Shown here: piece after piece, positions 38,568 to 48,753 of the stretch
Layout of the letters: each line of letters begins with the position of its first letter
Position numbering within the stretch: position 1 is the stretch's first letter
DNA from: Acidobacteriota bacterium
GTDB lineage: Bacteria; Acidobacteriota; UBA6911; RPQK01; JAJDTT01
DNA length: 64,000 bases
NCBI GenBank assembly: GCA_965263035.1
Contig: OZ253580.1
Location: 1,632,001-1,696,000, forward strand
Direction: 5' to 3'
Position numbers and translations under genes: made by a program
The notes under the pieces: generated by a model
What the model was told of the DNA's origin: nothing
Seen by the model: the letters and a program-made list of their open reading frames with translations, nothing else
The model's database searches: none

Positions 38568-41113
38568 TCAATCCACAAACATGAACTCGTTGCTGTTGAA
38601 AATCAGTCGGCAGAGGTTCTCGAGCCCGTGCGTCCGGGCATAGGCGGCGAGCATCCGGGACTCGTCGGTACGGGGCACTCGGCCAAGCGCCAAAAGGTAG
38701 GCTTCCTGGATCTGATTCGGTAAATCGTTACCGGCCTTCCGCAGCCGGGCGGCGAAGTGCTCCGCCTGCTTCACGATGAGCGGATCATTGAGCAGCGCCA
38801 GTGCCTGGATGGCCGTGAGAGTACTGTTTCGTTTGGGAGTCAGCAGCGAGGGATCCGGGCAGTCGAGACTCTCCATGAAAGGGTCTGGGGTGCTGCGCAC
38901 GAGAAAGCGATAGCTGCTTCTCCGATAACTCGCGGGACTATCGAGATCGAACCGGGTGTAATCGTAGACCGGAGAGTGATCGTCCTTGAAGAAGAACTGC
39001 TCCACCGAGGGCCCGCCATGTTCAGGTCGAGCTTGCCGGTGATGGACAGAACCGAGTCGCGCACGGACTCGGCGTCAAGACGCAAACGGTTCATGCGCCA
39101 CAGATACCGGTTGTCGGAGTCGATCTTGGCGTACCGGGGATTCTCGCGGGACGATTGACGGTAGACGGCACTGGTGAGGATCAATCGGTGAAGATTCTTG
39201 AAAGAACCGCCGTTGTCTTGGAACTCCACAGCGAGCCGGTCCAGTAGCTGCGGGTGCGTGGGCTGCGAGCCCATTCGTCCGAAGTCGTTCGGCGTTTCCA
39301 CGATCCCTTTGCCGAAGTGATAGTGCCAAATGCGGTTGACGATGGAACGCCAGGTCAGGGGATTGCGCGCATCGATGATCCATTTCGACAGAGCAGCACG
39401 GCGTGCGCCTTCATCGTTCGGATCGTCGATCTTGAACCGGGAGGACAGGCTTTCGACCGCCGAGACGGCTCCCGGCCCCATCAGCTTGACGGGAGCTTCC
39501 ACGCTGCCGCGATCCAGCAGGTGGACCGGGCGTGGAGTCCAGGCGGGACGGAAATTACCGTTGGTTTCGAAATAGTTGGCCGCAGCATAGACGATGCGGG
39601 GCTTGGGAAATTCGGCCAGTGTCTCCTGCACCCGGACGAGCTGATCCCGTAGTGCCGCCAGTTTCCTCTGGTCGGCCTCGTCGAGCAATGCGTGGGTCAT
39701 CTTCCGGCGACGTTCTTTGGCCTTGTGGAGTTTTTCGTCTGCGGCCTGGATCTGCTCGTCGAGCACCTTGTTTTTGGCACGTTCTGCCGTCGTCTTTCCG
39801 GCTGTTTTGGAATGGTTCAGGTAGTCTCGCCGGTCCTGCAGCAGGTCCATCTGTTCGTCGAGAGCTTCGATTTCAGGGCTTGAAAGCTTGGCGAGGGCGT
39901 CTGAGACGGGTTGGATGCCGGCTTCGATGTCGCGCTTCTGCTTGAGCACCCCTCGACGCTGCCGGTACGTTTCGGGGTCCAGGTCATAAGGGCGGTCAGC
40001 GCGGTCCACCCCCGCGAACACGGCCTGCAAGCTGTAGTAGTCCTCGTGCCGGATGGGGTCGAACTTGTGGTCGTGGCAGCGGGCGCAATGGGCGGTCAAG
40101 CTCACGAACGTGGACATGGTCGCCGTCACCATGTCATCGCGGTCCAGGAGCCTCGCGATTTTCTTGTCCTTGGTGCCCTCGCGCAGTTCCTTGTGTCCTA
40201 CCTAGTCCCAGGGGCCGGCGGCGATGAACCCGGTGGCCACCACGCCCAGCGGATCATCGGGAAAGAGGACGTCACCTGCCAGTTGCTCTTCGACGAACCG
40301 GGAATAGGACTTGTCTTCATTCAACGACCGAATCACGTAATCGCGATAGGGCCAGGCATTGCGGCGTGGTTTGTCTTTGTCGTAGCCGTGCGATTCGCCG
40401 TAGTGGACGACATCCAGCCAGTGTCTTCCCCAGCGCTCGCCGTAGCGCGGTGAGCCCAGCAGGCGCTCGACCAGCTTTTCGTACGCATCGGCCGAAGGGT
40501 CGTTGACGAAAGCGTCAATCTCGTCGGGAGTGGGCGGCAGACCGTGGAGATTGTAGCTGAGCCGGCGGATCAAGGTCCGCCGATCCGCTTCGGGGGAGGG
40601 AGCGAGTCCCTGCTTCTTCAACCTGGACAGGATGAATGAGTCGATGGGAGTCCGTATCCAGTTCGAGTCTTCCTCCGGCAAAGGGGGGCGCTCCAGCGGC
40701 CGCAGCGACCACCACTTGTGGCTTTCCGTTCCCCGAGCTGCAGGAGTATCGTCCTTGGCGCCCTCAGCAATCCAGCGGGAGATCAGTTCCACCTTGATTG
40801 CATCGAGGGGGTCGCCGACTTGCGGCATGGCAGGCGGCTCACCGCTGATCTGTCGGATCAGCAGACTCTCTTCGGGACTTCCCGGCACCACGACGGGGCC
40901 GCTCCTGCCCCCATCTTGCAGATCCCTGTAGCTGGCCAGCGACAGGCTGGCCTGTCCCCCTTCGGCTGCGTGGCACGTTCGACAGCGTTGCTCCAAGATG
41001 GGCCGCACCTGCCTGTGAAAGCTGACCGGCGACTGCGCGGGTGCCATCTCGACGGTGAGAATCCAGATTCCAGCCAGTGACAACGAATGATGCAGTGTGC
41101 CCCGAACGCGCAT
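38568..41113 (-). pseudogene. PSD1/planctomycete cytochrome c (DUF1549-DUF1553) gene broken by one amber codon and one frameshift
   Basis: CRTCH, YGERWGRHWLD, CARCHDHK. In-frame TAG at 40202-40204 (GPWD*VGHKELREG); a missing G near 39015 (restoring it gives MGGPSVEQFF). Confidence 0.85.
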
Positions 41114-41190
41114 CTCCTAGTCCCGGGATCAATCAAGGATTGTTTCCTGATTATGCTCTATAAGACCTTGGTCAATAAAGACGCCCGTCA

Positions 41191-41262
41191 GGGGCGGCGG
41201 TTTCCAACCGCCGCACTCCCAATGGGGAAGGGGAATGGGGGACAGGGATGTCCCCCCTCCTA
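41191..41262. repeat. REP-like doublet
   Basis: GGGGCGGCGGTTTCCAACCGCC...GGGGGACAGGGATGTCCCCCCTCC. Confidence 0.8.
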
Positions 41263-41337
41263 TTCGCGTTGCGCCGGGAAGCCTGCTAGCATTCCTGCAA
41301 ACGACGAACCTGACTTTCTCGCCGGGTCGCTGATTGC

Positions 41338-43359
41338 ATGGTGACAAGATTCTTTTCTTCGACCCCTTACCGGTGTTTTTTCGCGGCTGGGCTCCTCCCG
41401 CAGACGTGCCTGTTTCTGATTTTTTCCACGGGATGTAGCTCCAGCCCGCCGACGACCCTCTCCGTCGAAGTGAGTCCGGATCGCTGGCGGGTAAACGACG
41501 AAGGCCAACTGCTTTTTCGTATCCGGGTCAAAGAGGGAAAGCTGTCGTCCGGCTCCCGCATCAGCCTGGCCCTGCCGGGGAGTTGGACCTGGCACACGAT
41601 TCGCCCCACCCGGCGAGAGGATGGCAAACTCGGGCCGACCCTGCGTGTTCCAACTCAGGAGTTGATGGAATACTTCGCTCTGCTTCCGCCGGACAGAGCG
41701 GACCGGTGGCGACTGGAACTACTTGAGGAGCACCACGACGGAACCTATCACCGTTTCGACCGCCGGTTGGTGCTGACGTGCCTGTCGGACCAGTTGTCGG
41801 CCGGCCAGGAGATCACCCTCCAGTATGGTGGGGACGCCCGGCCGATTCGGACCTCGCGTTTGGCCGAGACCGTCCGGATCCCGATCCGATTCAACCTCGG
41901 GGACGGCCAATGGCGGGAGCTGGAGAATCCGCCCCAATTGACGACGGTCGCAGACTCCTTTCACACCATTCTGGTCACGGTGGACTCCGTCGCTACCGTG
42001 GGGCAACCGCTCGAGGCCCACGTCACTGCCCGGGATCGGCTGGGCAATTCGACCGAGCTGCCGGGCGGTCTTGAACTCCGTTCCACCGACCGGGGGGTCG
42101 AGCCCGTCAGCATCACTGGTGCGGCCGCCGTGTGGACGGGAACGGTGCGCTTCACGACTCCGGGCTTCCAGACCCTGGAGGTGGGAAACGGCACCGTCGG
42201 GTTCCATCGGTCCAACCCGATTCGGGTAACCGAAGAAGAACCATCCCTCAAGCTCTACTGGGGGGACCTGCATTCCCACTCCACGATGAGCAAGGACGCC
42301 TTAGGGGTCGATCCCTTCACCTTCGCCCGGGATCACGCCAACCTCGACTTCTTCGCGTCGTCGGAGCACTCGACGGGGGATCGGCGGGACGAGGGCATCA
42401 CCGACTCGGAATGGCAGGCGATTCAGTCGAGCGTCAAGTCCTTCTACGATCCGGGACGATTCGTGACTCTGCTGGCTTACGAGTGCTCCCTGCCGGCTCC
42501 GTTTGGTCACCACAATGTCTATTTCGCGGGTGAAACAGCGCCCCTCTATCGCAAGCAGGAGGTGAAGACGCTTGACGAATTGTGGCGCCGGCTGTCCTCA
42601 CACCGGGCCATTACGGTTCCGCACCATACGGGTGTCCACTGGGCCGCCGCCGTCTGGGACCAGACCCATCCTCTGCGGCCGCTCTTCGAGGTCTTCTCCG
42701 TTCACGGACAGAGCGAACTCTACGACCCGGAACATCCGCTGAGTTACGATCAGCTCATCGGCATGGCCCCTTATGGGACCTACCCCATCGGAAGCGAGCT
42801 GGTTCCCGAGGAGCATCAGGGCATGGTCCCCATTTCCAACAGCGCCAAGGGTCCCCACTATGCCCGGGATGCCTGGGCGGCCGGTCTGAAACTGGGGACG
42901 ATCGCGGCCTCCGACGACCACACCGCCCGGCCGGGTCAGCCCTACTGGGGACTCGCGGCCGTCTGGGCCGAACGGCTGGACCGCGAAACCATCTTCCAGG
43001 CGCTCGCGAACCGGCAGACGTACGCCACGACCGGCCAGCGGATCTACCTGGATTTTCGAGTCAATGGAGGGATGCCCGGGACCAAGGTCACCACCGGCGG
43101 CCCGCCCCGAATTCAACTTGAGGTCCAGGGCACGGACGACATCGAACGGGTCGAGCTGGTCGCCTTCGACCGCAGGGAACGAAGCTATTCCGTCCTGAAG
43201 CGATGGACTCCCGGCGGCCCTCACCTGCGGGAATCCTTGACCGACGCGGGATATTCGGACCGGTCGTTCTACTACGTTCGCGTGCGGCAACGCGGGCTTG
43301 TGGAGCACCGGGCCGTCATGGCCTGGTCCAGTCCCATCTGGATCGAGAGCGGTCCCTGA
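41338..43359 (+). CDS. DUF3604 / PHP-like metallohydrolase, probable lipoprotein
   Basis: YWGDLHSHS, SEH, PHH, SDDH, RQTYATTG, AWSSPIW; STGC lipobox-like. Confidence 0.82.
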   Translation: MVTRFFSSTPYRCFFAAGLLPQTCLFLIFSTGCSSSPPTTLSVEVSPDRWRVNDEGQLLFRIRVKEGKLSSGSRISLALPGSWTWHTIRPTRREDGKLGPTLRVPTQELMEYFALLPPDRADRWRLELLEEHHDGTYHRFDRRLVLTCLSDQLSAGQEITLQYGGDARPIRTSRLAETVRIPIRFNLGDGQWRELENPPQLTTVADSFHTILVTVDSVATVGQPLEAHVTARDRLGNSTELPGGLELRSTDRGVEPVSITGAAAVWTGTVRFTTPGFQTLEVGNGTVGFHRSNPIRVTEEEPSLKLYWGDLHSHSTMSKDALGVDPFTFARDHANLDFFASSEHSTGDRRDEGITDSEWQAIQSSVKSFYDPGRFVTLLAYECSLPAPFGHHNVYFAGETAPLYRKQEVKTLDELWRRLSSHRAITVPHHTGVHWAAAVWDQTHPLRPLFEVFSVHGQSELYDPEHPLSYDQLIGMAPYGTYPIGSELVPEEHQGMVPISNSAKGPHYARDAWAAGLKLGTIAASDDHTARPGQPYWGLAAVWAERLDRETIFQALANRQTYATTGQRIYLDFRVNGGMPGTKVTTGGPPRIQLEVQGTDDIERVELVAFDRRERSYSVLKRWTPGGPHLRESLTDAGYSDRSFYYVRVRQRGLVEHRAVMAWSSPIWIESGP

Positions 43360-43378
43360 CCCGGGGAAGGAACCCGAT

Positions 43379-45106
43379 TTGGCAGATCGATTCGATCCCA
43401 TCCTCTTCGAGGTGATCCGCAACGCCCTGGTCGAGGCGACGGAGGAGATGTCGGTCTCGCTGCAGCGCACGTCCTACTCGACCAACATCAAGACGCGGCT
43501 GGACTACTCCTGTGCCTACGTGGACGCCCGTGGAAGGATGGTGGCGCAGGCGTTCTGCCAACCCGCCCACCTGGTGACCATTGGGCGACTGGTGCCTCGG
43601 GCGGTCGACGAGTACGGGGCGGAGAACCTGGAACCGGGCGACGTCCTCTTGGTGAACGATCCGCACCGGCAGGCCAGCCACCTCAACGACATCTTCCTCA
43701 TCTCGCCCTTCTTCTACCGGGAGGAACTGGCCGGCTACGTCTCCAACACCTGCCATCACGTGGACGGCGGCGGGGGCGCTCCCGCCAGCATCGGCGCCTT
43801 TCGCGAGATCTACCAGGAGGGCTTCATTCTGCCGGTGGTGAAGCTGGTCTGCCGGGGCGAGATCGACGCTGAGATCTTGAAACTGTTCCTGGCCAACGTG
43901 CGGGCGAAAAAGGAAGTGGCCGGTGATCTTCGGGCCCAGATCGCCGCCAACAACATGGGCATGCGCCGACTGTCGGCCCTCTTCGACCGTTACGGACGCG
44001 ATACCCTGAATTTCTACATCGACAAATTGCTGGAGTACACGGAGCAACGCGCCCGGTCCGAACTGGAGCGACTGCCCCGCGGGACCTTCGAAGCCGAGGG
44101 CTGGCTGGACGACGACGGGATCAGCGACCGGCCGGTGCACCTGAAGGCCAGGGTGACGCTGGACGGCCGCAGCGTCCGGTTCGACTTCACCGGATCGGAC
44201 AGGCAGCGGGCGGCGCCCATGAACAGCAACCTGACGCAAACGTTCACGGCCTGCGTCTACGTTCTGAAATGCCTGCTGGACCCGGACATTCCGGTCAATG
44301 AGGGCCTTTACCAATTGATCGAAGTGATCGCTCCGCCGGGTTCGGCCGTGAACGCCCGCCGGCCCGGAGCCATCGTCGGGGGTTGGGAAGTCTCGGTGCG
44401 TCTCTGCGAGGTGTTGTTCAAGGCTCTGGCTCCGGCTCTGCCCGACTCGGTTCCCGCCGGTACCAAGGGCATGATCTGCCAGGTCGGTTTCGGGGGGAGG
44501 GATCCCCAGAGCGGCGAGTACTATTCCTACTACGAGACTGCGGGCGGAGGCTATGGCGGCAGAAGCCGGACCGACGGGCCCGACGCGGTTCAGACCCACT
44601 TCCAAAACACGCAGAACGCGCCCATCGAGGAGATCGAGAGCAACTATCCGGTGCGGATCACGCGCTACGGCTTGATCCCCGATTCGGAGGGTCCCGGCCG
44701 GTTCCGCGGCGGACTGGGCCTCTGCCGGGAGTACGTTTTCGTGGGTCACGAGCCCTCGTACACCATCCTTGCGGACCGGGTCCGATTTCCGGCATGGGGG
44801 CTCTTCGGAGGCCGTTCCGGGAAAACGGCTCGCTACGTTCTGATCGGCGAAAACGGGGAAACGGACCTTCCATCCAAGACGACGGTGCAGCTCGAGAAGG
44901 GTCAGTCGGTTCGGCTCGAGTCGTGCGGCGGCGGGGGATACGGACCTCCCTATGAACGGGACCCTGAACAGGTCCTGACGGACGTGAGGCAGGAAAAGAT
45001 CAGTCCCTTGCGGGCGAGGGACGAGTACGGCGTCGCCGTCACCGGTAGTGAAATCGACATCGTGGAAACCGAAAGGCTACGAACCCGGATGAAGGAGCGG
45101 CCGTAG
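43379..45106 (+). CDS. hyuB: Hydantoinase/oxoprolinase subunit B, second copy
   Basis: Collinear and very similar to 20718..22478; TTG start after GGAAGG. Confidence 0.9.
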   Translation: MADRFDPILFEVIRNALVEATEEMSVSLQRTSYSTNIKTRLDYSCAYVDARGRMVAQAFCQPAHLVTIGRLVPRAVDEYGAENLEPGDVLLVNDPHRQASHLNDIFLISPFFYREELAGYVSNTCHHVDGGGGAPASIGAFREIYQEGFILPVVKLVCRGEIDAEILKLFLANVRAKKEVAGDLRAQIAANNMGMRRLSALFDRYGRDTLNFYIDKLLEYTEQRARSELERLPRGTFEAEGWLDDDGISDRPVHLKARVTLDGRSVRFDFTGSDRQRAAPMNSNLTQTFTACVYVLKCLLDPDIPVNEGLYQLIEVIAPPGSAVNARRPGAIVGGWEVSVRLCEVLFKALAPALPDSVPAGTKGMICQVGFGGRDPQSGEYYSYYETAGGGYGGRSRTDGPDAVQTHFQNTQNAPIEEIESNYPVRITRYGLIPDSEGPGRFRGGLGLCREYVFVGHEPSYTILADRVRFPAWGLFGGRSGKTARYVLIGENGETDLPSKTTVQLEKGQSVRLESCGGGGYGPPYERDPEQVLTDVRQEKISPLRARDEYGVAVTGSEIDIVETERLRTRMKERP

Positions 45107-45146
45107 TGGGTTGGCAAGGCGTTTCGTCCCGAGAGGAGACCTGAAC

Positions 45147-47054
45147 ATGAAAGAGTCGGCAATAGTGATCTCGATGATTGCGTTCTGTTTCGTCAGTTCG
45201 GCAATTCCGCAGGGAGCCGAGACCCGGAAGACCTGGGACGTGTCCGTATTGAAAAACGTCATGATTCCCATGCGGGACGGGGTCAAGCTGGCCACGGACA
45301 TCTACCTTCCCTCCGAAAACGGGCAGCCCTCCGATCAGAAGTTCCCGGTGGTCATGCAGCGGACCCCCTACGACAAAGAGGGCAAGTTCTTCAAGGAGGC
45401 CTCCGAGTTCTTTGTCAAGAACGGCTACGTCGCGGTGATCCAGGACTGCCGCGGCCGATTCCAATCCGAGGGAGTGTTCTTTCCGTTCATCGACGACCCC
45501 GAGGACGGATACGACACGGTGGAATGGATGGCGAAGCACCCGTCCAGCAACGGCAAGGTCGGAACCTACGGCGTCTCGTACATGGCCTGGGTCCAGTTCC
45601 ATCTGGCCGCCCTGAACCCGCCCAGCCTGGTGACCATGATCCCCATGGAAGGCCCCATCAACGCCTACCACTACAGCATGCGCTCCGGCGGCGCCCTGCA
45701 CCTGGGGCTTCTGCAGTGGATCGTCGCGGTGGCCGCCAGCAGCCAGGAAGCGAAGGACAAACCCTTCATCGCCGAACCCATCATGACCATGAGGACCGGG
45801 CAGAACTTCCTGGACTGGGCTTCCCGCATCCCCTGGCGGCGCGGACAGACTCCCCTCGGCCTGACTCCCCAGTACGAGGACGCGGCTTTCAAGCTCTATT
45901 TCGACAACAACGAATACACCGACTTCTGGCGCCAGCCCGGCCTGGGAATGGACGAGTACTTCGAGGACTACCCCAAGATGCCCATTCTGTGGGTGGTCGG
46001 CTGGTACGACTGGTACCCCCGAACCATCAGCGACGGCTACCAGAAGATGGTCAAACTGGGACGCGAGAACCAGTACCTGCTGATCGGTCCCTGGACGCAC
46101 AACAACTTCGATCCCTCCCAGGGAGACCTCAATTTCGGCAACAAAGGGGACGGCATCGACACCTACGACAAGTTCCGCCAGCTGGAGCTGAAGTGGTTCG
46201 ACCGGTGGATGAAGGGCGACGAGAGCGTCGATCTGGGGGAGCCGATCAAGCTCTTCGTCATGGGCGGCGGGGACGCCCGGAAGGCTCCGGACGGCCGCTT
46301 GAATCACGGCGGCGAATGGCACTACACGGATCGTTGGCCTCCGGAAGGAGTCCGGTCCACCAAGTTCTTTCTCCACGGGGACGGCAGTCTGTCGGATAAG
46401 AAGCCAGCCGCTTCCGGCTCATCCACCACATACACTTACGATCCCAACGATACGGTCTCGAGCAACGGCCGGTGCATCATCTCTTACGGTCCGGCGCTCA
46501 AACTGGGCTTTCGGGGCATGGGACCCCGTGACCAGATCGAACTGGAGAGTTTGCCGGGACACGGCATTCCGGGAATGCCCATCTCCTCCCGCCCGGACGT
46601 CCTGGTGTTTCAGACCGGCCCCTTGACCGAGGACGTTCGGATCGCCGGCAACGTCAAGGCCGTGCTCTGGGTCTCCTCGGATGCCCCCGACACCGACTTC
46701 TACGTCAAGCTGGTCGACCTGTACCCGGCCAGTGCGGACTACCCGGCCGGCTACGGAGTACCCGTGTCGGAGGGGATCCTGCGGGCGCGATACCGGGAGA
46801 GCTTTGAAAAACCGGTCCTCATGGAGGAGGGGAAGAAATACCGGCTCGAGTTTCCGCTGCAGCCGGCGGCCAACGTCTTCAAGGCGAACCACCGGATTCA
46901 GATCCAGATCGCCAGCAGCAACTTCCCCAACTTCGACATCAATCGGAATACCGGCGATCCGCATGACCGGGGGTGGCGCATCGCCAACAATTCCGTCATC
47001 CACCAGTCGGGGAACGCGTCCTTCGTGGAATTGCCGGTGTACCCGGTGAAGTGA
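45147..47054 (+). CDS. CocE/NonD family hydrolase (4), exported
   Basis: GAGGAG RBS; IPMRDGVKLATD, RTPY, QDCRG, GVSY, GPWTH, SSNFP. Confidence 0.92.
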   Translation: MKESAIVISMIAFCFVSSAIPQGAETRKTWDVSVLKNVMIPMRDGVKLATDIYLPSENGQPSDQKFPVVMQRTPYDKEGKFFKEASEFFVKNGYVAVIQDCRGRFQSEGVFFPFIDDPEDGYDTVEWMAKHPSSNGKVGTYGVSYMAWVQFHLAALNPPSLVTMIPMEGPINAYHYSMRSGGALHLGLLQWIVAVAASSQEAKDKPFIAEPIMTMRTGQNFLDWASRIPWRRGQTPLGLTPQYEDAAFKLYFDNNEYTDFWRQPGLGMDEYFEDYPKMPILWVVGWYDWYPRTISDGYQKMVKLGRENQYLLIGPWTHNNFDPSQGDLNFGNKGDGIDTYDKFRQLELKWFDRWMKGDESVDLGEPIKLFVMGGGDARKAPDGRLNHGGEWHYTDRWPPEGVRSTKFFLHGDGSLSDKKPAASGSSTTYTYDPNDTVSSNGRCIISYGPALKLGFRGMGPRDQIELESLPGHGIPGMPISSRPDVLVFQTGPLTEDVRIAGNVKAVLWVSSDAPDTDFYVKLVDLYPASADYPAGYGVPVSEGILRARYRESFEKPVLMEEGKKYRLEFPLQPAANVFKANHRIQIQIASSNFPNFDINRNTGDPHDRGWRIANNSVIHQSGNASFVELPVYPVK

Positions 47055-47201
47055 GGAGGGGCGATTTCTAGTCGCCTGCTCTTTTGTGTTGCTATGCAAT
47101 TCGGTAGCCGGAAAGTGTAAAGTGGGGACTCCGTCCCCCCTGCCCCCCTGTCGGCGACAAGAAAGTCGCCGCTCCACGCGACAAGAAAGTCGCCGCTCCC
47201 C
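47055..47201. repeat. REP-like cluster between convergent genes (likely also terminator)
   Basis: GGAGGGGCGATTTCTAGTCGCC and tandem GCGACAAGAAAGTCGCCGCTCC x2. Confidence 0.75.
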
Positions 47202-48641
47202 TCAATCTTTATCCAGGATCAGTCTTCGACGGTCTTTCTCGCTGACGCCGGTCCGGACCTTGCCGGCCATCAGCCAAAAGAACAGGCCCAACAGCAATCC
47301 GCCGATGAAGAGAGTCCATTCCAGAGGAAAACCGTCGGAGTTTGCATACGGTTCGTAGACCGTAACGGCGAGAAAGAACAGCGAGCCGGCCACCCCCAGT
47401 CCGGCGGTGAAAACGCCGCCCGGAACACGGAACGGACGCCGGCTCTCGGGCCTTTTCACCCGTAGGATCATGACCCCCAAACAGACGAAGAAGAAGACCG
47501 TAGCCAGGCACATGACGGCCATGCCGACGATGGGAGAGAGACCTCCACGACCCAGGAAACTGCCCAACGCTCCGATCAGGCCGATCAGGAGGACCGCGCG
47601 CCCGGGAGATCCGAACGCGGGATGGACCGCGGCGAAACCGGCCGGGATCATGCGGGCCCGGCCGAGCGCGAAGACCAGGCGCGAGGCCGCAATGAAGATG
47701 GGATTGAGCGTCGTGATGAGACCCAGCAGCCCCGTGAACACGATGATTCTGCCGAACAGCGGCGAATCGAATCTCGATTCGTACGTGACGGCCGTGGTCA
47801 GACCCTCCAATCGGACGGCGTCCTGCCACGGCGTCGCCATGGACACCGAGAGAATCAGCAGACAGTAGAAGGTCCCGCCCGCGGCGATGGAGGCGACCAT
47901 CATCAGCGCCGCCCTTCTCATGGAGGTTCCCGGCGACTTCTCCTCCATGACCTGGGGGATCGTGTCGAAACCCGCCATGAAGAACGGAGCCGTCATCAGG
48001 GCCGCCAGGATTCCGGGCCAGACCGATCCCATCTGGTCACGGTGGAAGAACGGTTCCAGGTTTCCCGTCTCTCCGAAGGCGATCCCGGCAAATATGAAGA
48101 CGGCACAGGACACGATGAAGACGGCCGTGATGACTTCCTGAAAGCGGGCCGCCAGCTTCATGCCGCGATAGATCAGGGCGGTCATCAGAACCATTCCACC
48201 CAGCGCGATCAACAGGCTCCCCAGGCGCACCGGATGGCCGCCCACCGAATAGAGTTCCGGTCCCGAAACGCCCGGGAAGAGTGCTTCCGCAATCAAGGCC
48301 AGCGAAATCGCTTCCCAACTCGTCACCGCGATGTACTCGAAGGCCAGCAGCCAACCGCACAGGAAGGAGAGGCGGAGTCCGAAGACTTCGTAGGTATACG
48401 CGACCTCGCCGCCGGAGACGGGGAACATCCCCGCCATTTCGGCGTAGCAGAGCGCGATCACGAGCATGACCACCCCGCCCGCCGCGAAACCGGCGATGGC
48501 CCCCAGGGGACCGGAGGTGGAGAGCCAGACGCCGGGATAGACCAGCCACCCCACGCCGACCACCGTGCCGTAGGCCAGCATGAAGAACTGGCGGGCGCTG
48601 ACCGCTTTCCTCAACTGGGGGCGTGGAATCGGATCCGTCAT
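47202..48641 (-). CDS. APC family amino-acid permease
   Basis: GTVVGVGW, CYAEMAGMFPVSGG, GFDTI..EE, ASRLVFALGR; ~12 TM segments. Confidence 0.92.
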   Translation of the reverse strand: MTDPIPRPQLRKAVSARQFFMLAYGTVVGVGWLVYPGVWLSTSGPLGAIAGFAAGGVVMLVIALCYAEMAGMFPVSGGEVAYTYEVFGLRLSFLCGWLLAFEYIAVTSWEAISLALIAEALFPGVSGPELYSVGGHPVRLGSLLIALGGMVLMTALIYRGMKLAARFQEVITAVFIVSCAVFIFAGIAFGETGNLEPFFHRDQMGSVWPGILAALMTAPFFMAGFDTIPQVMEEKSPGTSMRRAALMMVASIAAGGTFYCLLILSVSMATPWQDAVRLEGLTTAVTYESRFDSPLFGRIIVFTGLLGLITTLNPIFIAASRLVFALGRARMIPAGFAAVHPAFGSPGRAVLLIGLIGALGSFLGRGGLSPIVGMAVMCLATVFFFVCLGVMILRVKRPESRRPFRVPGGVFTAGLGVAGSLFFLAVTVYEPYANSDGFPLEWTLFIGGLLLGLFFWLMAGKVRTGVSEKDRRRLILDKD

Positions 48642-48695
48642 GTTAAGGGTAGCCTATCGAGGACTTGTTCCATTTTTTCGGCTCCGCGTCTGGGA

Positions 48696-48753
48696 TCGGG
48701 GGTTGTCAACCTCCGGTCCCAGGGAGTGTGGGGGACAAGACTGTCCCCCTATT
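48696..48753. repeat. REP-like doublet
   Basis: CGGGGGTTGTCAACCTCCG and GGGGGACAAGACTGTCCCCC. Confidence 0.7.

Noticed and set aside
40202-40204. In-frame TAG as pyrrolysine/readthrough recoding
   Set aside because: The same gene has a separate frameshift, and no pyl genes are in the window.
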